DNA of 64,000 nucleotides from Vicinamibacteria bacterium (GTDB lineage Bacteria; Acidobacteriota; Vicinamibacteria; Fen-336): NCBI GenBank assembly GCA_036556965.1, contig DATBIO010000272.1, positions 2,355 to 66,354 of the forward strand, read 5' to 3'. Shown piece by piece: positions 1 to 8,641 of this stretch (position 1 is its first letter; each line of letters starts with the position of its first letter). The notes under the pieces were generated by a model. It saw only the letters and a program-made list of their open reading frames with translations, ran no database searches and was not told where the DNA came from. The position numbers and the translations under genes were made by a program.

Positions 1-512
1 CGCGAGCTGCCGGTGGCGCTGGAGTTGACCCCCGGGGCGGCGTTGATCAGGTCGAAGAACGTGAAGCGGGGGATGGGGGCGTTGCGCACCCAGTCCTTGT
101 CGTAGTTGGTGCTGATCTGGTTGGTGGAGGTGTCCACCACCGGCGCCTCCGCCGTGACCGTGACCTCGTCCGCCTGCCCCGCCAGCTTGAGCCCGACGTT
201 CTCTTCCACCGTCCCGCCCAGGGCCACGCGCACGCCCTCGCGGTTCACCGTGCCGAAGCCGGCCTGGGTGAAGGTCAGCGTGTACGAGCCCGGCGGCAGG
301 GCCGCGAAGCGGTAGAACCCCTCGGCGTTGGAGGTCGTGGTCTGCGTGCCCATCAGGACCGCGCTCCGGATCGTCACCGTGACCCCGGGCAGCGCACCGC
401 CCGTCTCGTCCTTCACCGTCCCGACGATCGTCCCCGTGGTGCGCTGGGCCATGGCCGGAGCGGCCACCAGCGCGACGAGGAGACAGAGCGCGGGGATCAA
501 ACCCTTGCGCAT
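1..512 (-). CDS. Outer-membrane TonB-dependent-receptor-like protein with carboxypeptidase-regulatory-like N-terminal domain (5' part only; 3' end lies outside the window)
   Basis: ATG at 512-510 on minus strand. Signal peptide MRKGLIPALCLLVALVAAPAMA followed by a CarbopepD_reg-like beta-sandwich (TGTIVGTVKDETGGALPGVTV...EGFYRF...GSYTL) then a plug-like region. ORF runs off position 1. High GC3. Confidence 0.65.
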   Translation of the reverse strand, partial: MRKGLIPALCLLVALVAAPAMAQRTTGTIVGTVKDETGGALPGVTVTIRSAVLMGTQTTTSNAEGFYRFAALPPGSYTLTFTQAGFGTVNREGVRVALGGTVEENVGLKLAGQADEVTVTAEAPVVDTSTNQISTNYDKDWVRNAPIPRFTFFDLINAAPGVNSSATGSS

Positions 513-860
513 CGGCTTCTCCTTTGTTGGACGTGGAAGCGGGCACAGGGAGGGAACGAGCCCGCGGTGGAACGGCGACCGGCTGCGCACGACGCTCACC
601 GGACCCCCAATACCCTGTGGATAGCGCCACGACTCTAGGGCCGTGTCATACGGCTGTCAAGGCTTCGTTCCGGGCCAGCGCACCACCGCGCCCCGCACCA
701 CCAGGCCCGGTCACCCCTGCGTCCTCGAGCGCGTCCACGGGCGCGGCGATGGGGTCGCGGTCCAGCACGATGAAGTCCGCCACGAGCGCTCCCACCGTTC
801 CGTCGTCGCCGTGAGCCGCTCCCCGGAACCGGTTGGTTCCCCCGCGACCCGCATATCTTG

Positions 861-900
861 TGTTGGGATTATCACAATATTGTGGTATCTATCATCACAA
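861..900. promoter_or_regulatory. AT-rich operator/promoter island upstream of chrB: TTGTG-N10-CACAA-TA-TTGTG-N11-CACAA, including perfect 12-bp palindrome CACAATATTGTG (873-884); TATCAT -10-like hexamer 5 nt before the chrB ATG
   Basis: Seen directly: ~40 bp of about 30% GC in a 72% GC background, three TTGTG and three CACAA half-sites arranged as two overlapping inverted repeats, immediately 5' of ATG at 901. Confidence 0.45.
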
Positions 901-1857
901 ATGAAGGCCTACCGGGCCCTGGTGCTGAGCCTGCCGAAGCGCAACTCGACCGTGCGGATGCGCGTCTGGCGGGCGCTGAAGGACACCGGGTGCGGCGTGC
1001 TGCGCGACGGCGTCTACCTGCTGCCCGCCGCGTCGGCGCGCGCGCCCGCGCTCGCGGAAATGGAGTCCGACATCCGCGCCGAAGGCGGCTTCGCCATGGC
1101 GGTGGACATGAACCTGAAGAGCGGCGCCCAGGCGGAACACGTGCGCACGCTCTTCGACCGCAGCGCCGGTTATGGCGAGCTGGTCGATCGGATCAACGCC
1201 GCCAAGGCGGCGCTGCCGCGCCTCGGGCTGCGGCGGGCGCAGACCCAGGCGCAGCGGCTGCGCCGGTCCTTCGCCAGGCTCGCGGAGAGCGACTTCTTCC
1301 CCGGGCCGGCGAAAGCGCAGGCCGAGGAAGCGCTTTCCCGCCTGGCCGCCCGGATGGGCGAGCTCTATTCGGACGGCGAGCCCCGGGCGTCGAGGAAGCG
1401 CGTCCGGCGGCTCGATGCCGCGCACTACCGTGGCCGCCTCTGGGTGACGCGCAGCAAGCCCTGGGTCGACCGGCTGGCCAGCGCCTGGCTGATCAAGCGC
1501 TTCATCGACCCCGGCGCGAAGTTCGGCTGGATCGAGCGTCCGCGCGACCGTCCGCGGAGGGCGGTCGGATTCGATTTCGACGGCGCCGCGTTCACCCACG
1601 CGGGCGGGCGCGTGACCTTCGAAGTGCTGGCTTCGAGCTTCGGGCTCGACAACGACCCCGCCCTCGCCGCGATCGGCGCCGTGGTCCACTTTCTCGACGT
1701 GGGCGGCATTCCCGCGGCCGACGCCCGGGGCCTCGAGACGATCCTGCGCGGGGCGCGGGCGCAGGCGCGCAGCGACGGCGAGCTGCTGGCCGAAGCCATG
1801 CGCATCTTCGACCTGTTCTGCTCAGCGTACAGAAAGGAGCATTCGGACCGGACCTGA
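901..1857 (+). CDS. chrB: Chromate resistance regulator/protein ChrB family
   Basis: N-terminus MKAYRALVLSLPKRNSTVRMRVWRALKDTGCGVLRDGVYLLP is the characteristic ChrB N-terminal motif. C-terminal rhodanese-like ChrB domain (WVTRSKPWVDRLASAWLIKRFIDP...). ATG 901, TGA 1855-1857. The six-frame ORF start at 643 is an upstream over-extension. Confidence 0.85.
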   Translation: MKAYRALVLSLPKRNSTVRMRVWRALKDTGCGVLRDGVYLLPAASARAPALAEMESDIRAEGGFAMAVDMNLKSGAQAEHVRTLFDRSAGYGELVDRINAAKAALPRLGLRRAQTQAQRLRRSFARLAESDFFPGPAKAQAEEALSRLAARMGELYSDGEPRASRKRVRRLDAAHYRGRLWVTRSKPWVDRLASAWLIKRFIDPGAKFGWIERPRDRPRRAVGFDFDGAAFTHAGGRVTFEVLASSFGLDNDPALAAIGAVVHFLDVGGIPAADARGLETILRGARAQARSDGELLAEAMRIFDLFCSAYRKEHSDRT

Positions 1858-2055
1858 GCCGGGCAAGGCTCCAGGTCGGGCTGGGCGCGGGGCCGTCCCT
1901 GGCGCATCGACGTGCGCCGGGACATGCGAGGTCGCGTCCCGCTCCACCCCCGGCCGGGAATGCCGTCCCGCCACGCTGCTCGCCGCAACCCACCGAGGAG
2001 CTCGCCGTGCGCTGTCGACTGAAGCCCCCGTCTTCCGCCGTCCACGGCTGAAGGG

Positions 2056-3228
2056 ATGATCCCCTTCCTGCTCACGGCCCGATCGCTGCGCGCCTTGGCG
2101 GACGGCTGCGTCGCGGTGCTGCTGCCCGCCTACCTTCTCGCCCTCGGCTTCGGCACGCTGGAGGTGGGCGTCCTCAGCACGGTGACGATGACGGGATCCG
2201 CCGCCGCGACGCTGGCCGTGGGCCGCTGGGGGAACCGCTTCGACCTGCGGCGGCTCCTGGTCGCCGCGGCGGCTCTCATGGCCCTCACCGGCATCGGGTT
2301 CGCGGCGTTCTCGACGCTCTGGCCGCTCCTCATCGTCGCCCTGGTCGGCACCATGAACCCGGGCGGCGGCGACGTGAGCGTGTTCTACCCGCTCGAGCAC
2401 ACGGCCCTCGCGGCGGCCGCGCCCGCGGAGGCGCGCACCACGGCGTTCGCCCGCTACAGCTTCATCGGGTCGCTGCTGGGCGCGGTGGGCGCGCTCGCCG
2501 CGGGGGTGCCCGACTGGGCCGCCGGGCGCTACGGCGTGGCGACGCGCGACGTGCTGAAGCTCATGTTCGTGGCGTATGGAGCCGTCGGCGTCGCCGTCGG
2601 CGCCCTCTACTCGCAGCTCCCGCCTGCAGGAGCGGTCGAGAGGTCGGCGGTGCCCCTCGGACCGTCCCGCACCGTGGTGTGGAAGCTCGCCGGCCTCTTC
2701 AGCGTGGACTCGTTCGCGGGCGGGCTCATCGTCAACGCGCTGCTCGCGCTGTGGCTCTTCCAGCGCTTCGATCTCTCGCTCGCCGGCGCGGGGGCGTTCT
2801 TCTTCTGGACCGGGCTGCTGAGCGCGGTGTCACAGCTTGCCGCCGCGCCGCTCGCGCGGCGCATCGGCCTCGTCCATACCATGGTCTTCACGCACCTTCC
2901 CGCGAACCTGTCCTTGATCGCGGCCGCCTTCGCGCCGACCCTGGAGGCCGCCCTGGGGCTCCTCCTGGTGCGCAGCGCCCTGTCGCAGATGGACGTCCCC
3001 GCGCGCGGCGCCTACATCATGTCCGTCGTCACGCCGGCCGAGCGGCCGGCGGCGGCGAGCTCCACCGCCGTCCCGCGCAGCCTCGCGGCGGCGCTCGGCC
3101 CGTCGCTCACGGGCGCGATGTTCGGCGCGGGCGCCATGGCCGCGCCGCTCATCCTGTGCGGCGTGCTGAAGTCGGCCTACGACGTGGCGCTGCTCGCCAT
3201 GTTCCGCAAGGTCCGGCCGAGGGACTAG
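2056..3228 (+). CDS. MFS-family transporter
   Basis: 390 aa, about 12 predicted hydrophobic helices, Gly/Ala-rich transporter-like composition; ATG 2056; 4-bp convergent overlap with panE stop. Confidence 0.75.
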   Translation: MIPFLLTARSLRALADGCVAVLLPAYLLALGFGTLEVGVLSTVTMTGSAAATLAVGRWGNRFDLRRLLVAAAALMALTGIGFAAFSTLWPLLIVALVGTMNPGGGDVSVFYPLEHTALAAAAPAEARTTAFARYSFIGSLLGAVGALAAGVPDWAAGRYGVATRDVLKLMFVAYGAVGVAVGALYSQLPPAGAVERSAVPLGPSRTVVWKLAGLFSVDSFAGGLIVNALLALWLFQRFDLSLAGAGAFFFWTGLLSAVSQLAAAPLARRIGLVHTMVFTHLPANLSLIAAAFAPTLEAALGLLLVRSALSQMDVPARGAYIMSVVTPAERPAAASSTAVPRSLAAALGPSLTGAMFGAGAMAAPLILCGVLKSAYDVALLAMFRKVRPRD

Positions 3229-4166
3229 TCCGGCAGCCCCGCCGCGCTGCGCGCCCGCCGTTCCTGGGGCAGCAGCGCCGCGTACAGCACGTCGTTGACG
3301 GGCGTGGGCAGGGAGAGCGCGCGCCCCGCGCGCACCACCGCCCCGCACTGCGCCTCGAGCTCGGAGGGCCTTTCCGCCATCACGTCGCGCTGCATGGAGC
3401 TGGTGGTCCCGGCGGGCAGGCCGTCCACGAAGCGCAGGGTGGCGGCGAGCAGCCCGGGGTCCAGGCGCGCCCCGTGCGCGATGGCCACGGCGATGGTCTC
3501 CTCCATGGCCGCCACCAGGAGGGCGCGCGTGGCGGGCACCTCCCGCAGGACGTCGATGGGCACGCGCGCCGCCGCCCCCACCGCCGAGGTGGGGGCGATG
3601 AAGACCAGCTTCGACCACAGCACGGAGCGGACGTCGGCGGAGGCCTCCGCGGCGACCCCCGCCTCGCGGAAGGCCGCCACCAGGGCCTCGACGCGCGCGG
3701 TGACGCCGCCTCCGGGCTCGCCCAGCACGACGCGCGGCTCGATGCCGGCGTGGTGGATCCGGCCCGGCGCCTCGACCTCGGCGCGGATCCAGGCCGCGCC
3801 GCCCAGCACGCGCCCCGCTCCCGCCACCGCGGCGATGGCGTCCACCGCCTCGACGCCGTTCAGCAGCGGGACGGCGGTGGTGGCGGGGCCCAGCAGCGGG
3901 GGGAGCAGGGGCAGGGCGGCGGGGAGCTGCCAGGCCTTGGTGGCCACGAGCACGCAGTCCACGGGGCCGACCTCCTCGGGCCGGTCGGTGGCGCGGACCG
4001 GCACCAGGTGGAGGTCGCCCTTGATCGAGCGGAGCCGCAGCCCGGCCTCGCGCAGGGCGCGCAGGTGGGCGCCGCGGGCCAGGAAGGCCACCTCGTGGCC
4101 GGCCGCGGCCAGGCGCGCGCCGAAGTAGCCCCCGACCCCGCCCGACCCCAGCACGGCCACGCGCAC
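3225..4166 (-). CDS. panE: 2-dehydropantoate 2-reductase (ketopantoate reductase, ApbA/PanE family)
   Basis: N-terminal Rossmann motif VRVAVLGSGGVGGYFGARLAAAGHEV and C-terminal PanE fold. Start taken as GTG at 4166 (first residue of VRVAVLG); a TATACT hexamer lies 9 nt upstream (leaderless-type). The 371-aa six-frame ORF from 4340 is an N-terminal over-extension. Confidence 0.8.
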   Translation of the reverse strand: MRVAVLGSGGVGGYFGARLAAAGHEVAFLARGAHLRALREAGLRLRSIKGDLHLVPVRATDRPEEVGPVDCVLVATKAWQLPAALPLLPPLLGPATTAVPLLNGVEAVDAIAAVAGAGRVLGGAAWIRAEVEAPGRIHHAGIEPRVVLGEPGGGVTARVEALVAAFREAGVAAEASADVRSVLWSKLVFIAPTSAVGAAARVPIDVLREVPATRALLVAAMEETIAVAIAHGARLDPGLLAATLRFVDGLPAGTTSSMQRDVMAERPSELEAQCGAVVRAGRALSLPTPVNDVLYAALLPQERRARSAAGLPD

Positions 4167-4329
4167 GGCGGGCGAGTATAGGCCACGGCCCCGGATGAGC
4201 GGCCATTCATTTTTCCCTGGACAGCCGCGGGGTCCCTCTGCTAAGGTCGCCGCCTCGAACCCCAGGGAACAGTTGAGTCGGGCCCGCCACAGCCGCCGGC
4301 CGCCCTCCGGCCCTGCGGCGCCCACTCGT

Positions 4330-4343
4330 TGAATGGTCATTCA
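4330..4343. promoter_or_regulatory. Perfect inverted repeat TGAATG-gt-CATTCA in the divergent panE / secreted-protein intergenic region
   Basis: Seen directly; 6-bp arms with 2-nt spacer, located 18 nt upstream of the GTG (4361) of the downstream gene; CCATTCA recurs at 4196-4202. Confidence 0.3.
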
Positions 4344-4360
4344 CTCACGAGGAGGGCCCC

Positions 4361-6121
4361 GTGCGAACGAGGCATGCCGTCGTCCTGGGCGCGGCGCTGG
4401 CCGCCGCCCTGTCCGTCCCCGCGCAGGCCGCCGCGCCGCGCGACGTCGTCACCCGCTGGCAGGCGGGCGACTGGACCATCTGGCGCATCGACCGGCCCAC
4501 CGCCGACCACGCCGCCACCGCCTTCCACGACATCGTCCTGCGCCCCGGCGACCGCGTGGCCATCGACGCCGGCGGCTGCCTCCGCCTCGCGGACGGGCGC
4601 TGGGCCGAGCTGGCGGGGGAGGGCGAGTCCGCCCTCCTCGTGGACCTGCCCGGCGTGACCCGGGGCCCCGTGCCCGCGCGCGGGCTCCTGCGCACGACCA
4701 TGGAGGTGGGGGAGGACGGCGGCGTGCTGCGCCTGGGCTTCGCCGGCCCGCGCCTGCGCGGCAACGGTTACGAGGGCCTCAAGGCGGGCGCCTGCGCCGG
4801 CCAGCCCGACGGGTTCGTGATGGTGGGGGTCCAGGCCACGCTGACCGTCTACCCGCCCATGAACCTCGTGTGGTCGGCCGCCGACCACAACGGCATCCCC
4901 CTGAACCCGCGCTGGGGCCAGCAGGCCAACTACCCGGGCACCGTCCCCGACCCGGTGGCCATCTGCTTCAGCGTTCCGGGATGGTTCCAGAACCCGGTCT
5001 GCACCACGCAGCGGCCGACCTACGACACCGCCACCTGGTTCAAGGCCCTCATCTGCGAGATCGGGGCCACCACCCCCCTCGCCGGCCACGTCAACTGGTA
5101 CCCGAGCACCTACGAGGGCCCCATCTACTGGAGCAGCCACGAGTGGTCGGACGACGACTACAACATGAACGTGGTGCCGCCCAACCGCAACGGCCTGGTG
5201 GCCAGCTCCGGCAGCACCCTGCACACCGAGTTCGACGGCAGCGAGACGGTGGAGAACTTCACCACCCCGTGGTGGAGCTCCTTCCGCCAGGCGGTGGACT
5301 CCAGCGACGCGCTGGCCCGCAGCATGGTGGACGGGCGCCCCGCCATCGTGAGCGGCCTGGCCGGTCTCGACTGCGAGCACGACTGCTACACGGAGATCCA
5401 CCCCGTGTGGCTGATGGCCATCCGCGTCCGCTCCGACTCCACCAAGGACGTGTGGGCCATCTTCGCGCGCAACTGGGGCAACGAGGGCTACTGCAGCCGC
5501 TACCAGCACCACCTGCTGCTGTCGGGCAACCAGTACAAGGTGAGCCTGCCCTGGCGCGGGGGCGCCACCGGCGTCAACGTCGCGGGCACCCAGTTCAAGG
5601 CCAACGTCAGCGGCCTGAGCTGGTGGTGGGGGACCACCTTCGGCCAGAAGGTGAACGTCACCTTCCAGCTCCCCGCCCCCGACGCGCACGGGCGCATCCA
5701 CGGCGAGATGGTGCTCAACTGGTCGGGGCCCGTGATGCAGGCGGCCGACGCCGACGTGGCGCTGGCCGCCGCCGCCCGGCCCGAGGACGAGCCGCGCGGC
5801 AACACCGGGGAGGCCCTGGTCTCCGGCCTCATGAAGGCGCTCACCCCCGCCCAGCGGCGCGCGTTCGAGCGGCGTGCCGGGAAGGGCGGGCGGGGAGGGG
5901 ACGGCATCGCCGCCCTGTCCGGCGGGCGACGCGCGCCGGCGGAGACCTCCGCTGCCGCCGCCCCCGCGCCCGGCGTGCGCTCGGTCATCGACACCGCGCG
6001 CGAGAAGAAGGACAAGCGCACGCTGGAGGCGCTGCGCGAGGCCTACGGCGGCGTCCTCCCCGGCGCGGTGGGCGAGGCGCTGCGCAAGGCCGGGGAGCCG
6101 GAGGCGCCTCCCAAGGAGTAG
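4361..6121 (+). CDS. Secreted Cys/Trp-rich hypothetical protein (no recognisable family)
   Basis: GTG 4361 preceded by GAGGAGG RBS (4349-4355). Cleavable signal peptide MRTRHAVVLGAALAAALSVPAQAAAP. 586 aa uninterrupted with strong GC3 bias; about 12 Cys, many Trp (WWSSF, SWWWGTTFG). Basic/Ala-rich low-complexity C-terminal tail. Confidence 0.8.
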   Translation: MRTRHAVVLGAALAAALSVPAQAAAPRDVVTRWQAGDWTIWRIDRPTADHAATAFHDIVLRPGDRVAIDAGGCLRLADGRWAELAGEGESALLVDLPGVTRGPVPARGLLRTTMEVGEDGGVLRLGFAGPRLRGNGYEGLKAGACAGQPDGFVMVGVQATLTVYPPMNLVWSAADHNGIPLNPRWGQQANYPGTVPDPVAICFSVPGWFQNPVCTTQRPTYDTATWFKALICEIGATTPLAGHVNWYPSTYEGPIYWSSHEWSDDDYNMNVVPPNRNGLVASSGSTLHTEFDGSETVENFTTPWWSSFRQAVDSSDALARSMVDGRPAIVSGLAGLDCEHDCYTEIHPVWLMAIRVRSDSTKDVWAIFARNWGNEGYCSRYQHHLLLSGNQYKVSLPWRGGATGVNVAGTQFKANVSGLSWWWGTTFGQKVNVTFQLPAPDAHGRIHGEMVLNWSGPVMQAADADVALAAAARPEDEPRGNTGEALVSGLMKALTPAQRRAFERRAGKGGRGGDGIAALSGGRRAPAETSAAAAPAPGVRSVIDTAREKKDKRTLEALREAYGGVLPGAVGEALRKAGEPEAPPKE

Positions 6122-6131
6122 CGGACCGTCC

Positions 6132-8576
6132 TCAGGGCGGCGAGGCGCAGCCCGCCTCGCCGCCGTCGCCGAGGGCCCATCCCCTCGGCACGGGCGGCGG
6201 CTCGGGACGCGGTCCCGCGGCCTCTGTGCGCGCGAGGAAGCGCTCCACGGCCGAGAGCGTGGCGCGCCGGTGCGCCGCCGCCGCCCTGTCCGTGGGGGCC
6301 GGCCCTCCGGTCAGCCGGCCCGCGATGCGGCGCAGGCCCCACTCCGCCGCGGCCTGGCCCTCGGGCGTGGCTTCGGGGTGCGCGGCCAGGCGCATCAGCT
6401 CGTCGGCGGCGGCGCGCTGCGCGAGCCGGCGCAGGGCGGCGGGCGTGCCCGCGGCGGCGGGCGCGCCCCAGGTGCGCTCGATCACGCGCCCGACCACCTC
6501 CTCGGGCGTGGGCGCGCCGGGGTTGGCCGCCTGCTGGGCGGCCAGGCGGGCCATGGTCACGGGGGAGAAGAGCCGCCCGAGCACGGCGTGGGCCAGGGCG
6601 CGCGCCGCGGTCAGGGGATCGAACACCGGCGCCGCCACGGAGACGAAGGCCCGCGCGTCGCGGTCGTGGCCGAAGGGAGGGGGCGCCAGCAGCGCCTGCA
6701 CGCGCGCGGGCACGTCCAGCGCCGCCGGCTCGACGGCGTCGAGGGCCAGCTCCAGCGCGCGCCGCTGGCGCGCGGGGGACACGGGCCGCGACGGCGGCAG
6801 CGGGTCGCCGCGCAGGGCGTAGCGGAACTCGAGGCCGCCCAGGGCCTTGGTGGCCGCCAGCATGGTCCCGTCGTGCAGGCGGTAGGCCATGGCGAAGCGG
6901 CGGGCGAGCAGGCTCATGGGCTCGCCGGGGCGGACGGCCCGCTCGTCGAAGCGGTCGACGACGAAGCGGCGGACCTCGAGCATGCGGCCGAGCTCCTCCA
7001 CGGCGTCGGCGCCGTTCACCCACGGGCTGCCCTCGGGATGGGCCGCCGTGGGCGACTCGTCGGGGTTGGTGACGAAGCGCAGGCCCTTGCCCAGCATCTC
7101 GCGCACGATGGCCTCGAGCCCCTGCTCCTCCTGGCCCGGCGCGAACTCCGTGTACGCGTACCGGATGGCAAAGGCGTCGTACTCCCCGGGCCCCTCGCGG
7201 TAGGCCGCGGACAGGTCGAGGGCGCCGTCCACGAGCCGGAGGAGGGGAGCGGGGTAGGCCATGACGGAAGCGCGCCCGTCGAAGGCGGCGGCGAAGTTGT
7301 GGGCGAGGCCGAGGGTGTGGCCGACCTCGTGCGCCGCGTGCTGGCGGCGGCGCGCCATGACGAAGGCCTCGCCCTCGGCATCGGCCCCCGCCGCCGGCGC
7401 CTCCTTTCCCCGCGCCGGCCGCAGGGCGGCGAAGAGGTCGTAGTTGGCCAGGGAGCGGTGCGAGTCCATGCGCACCGCGCCCTTGATGATCTCGCCCGTG
7501 CGCGGGTCGATGAAGGTGGTGCCCCACGACGCGCCCGCGTCCGTGCGGTGGACCCACTGCACGACGTTGTAGCGGGCGTCCAGGGCGTCCATGCCCTCCG
7601 GCATGTCCTCCACGCGGAAGGCGTCGCGGAACCCGGCCCTCTCGAACAGGGCGCTCCACCACAGCGCCCCCTCGCGGAAGGCGCGGCGGTACGGCTCGGG
7701 CACGGCGCGGTCGAGGTAGTAGACGATCGGCGTCACCGGCTCGCCCAGGGCGGCCCCGGGGTCCTTCTTCCTCAGGCGGTGGCGGGCGGCGTAGCGCACC
7801 TCGTAGCCCTCGTCGAAGCCGCGCGCGTAGTCGAGGAAGGAGGGGCCGAAGACGCCGATGCGGGGGTCGAAGCGCCGCGGCTCGTAGCCGGGATCGGGCA
7901 GCTTCACGAACGAGTGGTGCTGCCGCACGGAGAGCCAGCGCCCGTCCACGAGGTTGCGGCGCAGCAGGGGCCCGGGATCGTCGCTGACGAAGGTGAGCGA
8001 GGCCTCCACCTCGGTGTTGCGCGGGAAGGCGCGGGTGGCGGGCAGGTGGATGGCGCTGCGCGCGGTGTCGAGGCCGTAGGCGCCCTGCTGGGCCTCGCGC
8101 AGGGCGCCGCGCACGTCCATGGCGTCGCTCAGGAACAGCGGCGTGGCGTCCACGAGCACGCGGCCGCCCTCCTCGGCCAGGATCTCGAAGCCCGCGGCCA
8201 CGGTGGGGGCGAAGGACTCCTCCACCGCGCGCGCGGCCTCCCCGGCCTCGCGGGAGCGGAAGCGCACGTTGCGCAGCACGAGGCGGAGGCGCGGCCCCGT
8301 GCGCTCGAACCGGGCCAGGGCCTCGCCGCCCACCATGCCCCGGTCCAGGCCCACCTCCAGCACGCCCACGCCGGTGGCCAGGGAGACCAGGTAGAGCAGC
8401 TCCTCTCCCGGCCGCGCCTCCAGCAGGAGCCGGCCCTTCCCGGCGTCCCAGTGGAGGGGGAGGAACCCGTCGCGCTTCTCGAAGCCCTTCGCGTACTCGG
8501 CGATGGAGGTCGCGGCCCCCGCCTCCGCCGCCATGAGGGCGGCCACCACCGCCAGCGCGCGCGCTCTCGCTCCCAA
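6132..8576 (-). CDS. Secreted zinc-dependent metalloprotease (HEXXH; large DUF4953/DUF5117-type zincin)
   Basis: Zinc-binding motif AAHEVGHTLGLAHN. Signal peptide (L/M)GARARALAVVAALMAAEAGA. Start is TTG 8576 with AAGGAGGG RBS 6 nt upstream (alternative ATG 8534). 814 aa. Confidence 0.8.
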   Translation of the reverse strand: MGARARALAVVAALMAAEAGAATSIAEYAKGFEKRDGFLPLHWDAGKGRLLLEARPGEELLYLVSLATGVGVLEVGLDRGMVGGEALARFERTGPRLRLVLRNVRFRSREAGEAARAVEESFAPTVAAGFEILAEEGGRVLVDATPLFLSDAMDVRGALREAQQGAYGLDTARSAIHLPATRAFPRNTEVEASLTFVSDDPGPLLRRNLVDGRWLSVRQHHSFVKLPDPGYEPRRFDPRIGVFGPSFLDYARGFDEGYEVRYAARHRLRKKDPGAALGEPVTPIVYYLDRAVPEPYRRAFREGALWWSALFERAGFRDAFRVEDMPEGMDALDARYNVVQWVHRTDAGASWGTTFIDPRTGEIIKGAVRMDSHRSLANYDLFAALRPARGKEAPAAGADAEGEAFVMARRRQHAAHEVGHTLGLAHNFAAAFDGRASVMAYPAPLLRLVDGALDLSAAYREGPGEYDAFAIRYAYTEFAPGQEEQGLEAIVREMLGKGLRFVTNPDESPTAAHPEGSPWVNGADAVEELGRMLEVRRFVVDRFDERAVRPGEPMSLLARRFAMAYRLHDGTMLAATKALGGLEFRYALRGDPLPPSRPVSPARQRRALELALDAVEPAALDVPARVQALLAPPPFGHDRDARAFVSVAAPVFDPLTAARALAHAVLGRLFSPVTMARLAAQQAANPGAPTPEEVVGRVIERTWGAPAAAGTPAALRRLAQRAAADELMRLAAHPEATPEGQAAAEWGLRRIAGRLTGGPAPTDRAAAAHRRATLSAVERFLARTEAAGPRPEPPPVPRGWALGDGGEAGCASPP

Positions 8577-8641
8577 GCCGCCCTCCTTGCTCGCCCCGCG
8601 CGACTATACTCTGGCCCGCCTTTTCGCCCAGGAGGAGTCGC

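Noticed and set aside
643-900. N-terminal 86-aa extension of the chrB ORF starting at 643
   Set aside because: The ChrB family N-terminus begins exactly at MKAYRALVLSLP (ATG 901). The upstream part crosses an AT-rich operator island and has no coding character.
2679-4210. 500-aa (+) and 458-aa (-) ORFs across the MFS/panE region
   Set aside because: Out-of-frame or antisense low-complexity translations. Real genes are the MFS transporter (2056-3228, +) and panE (3225-4166, -).
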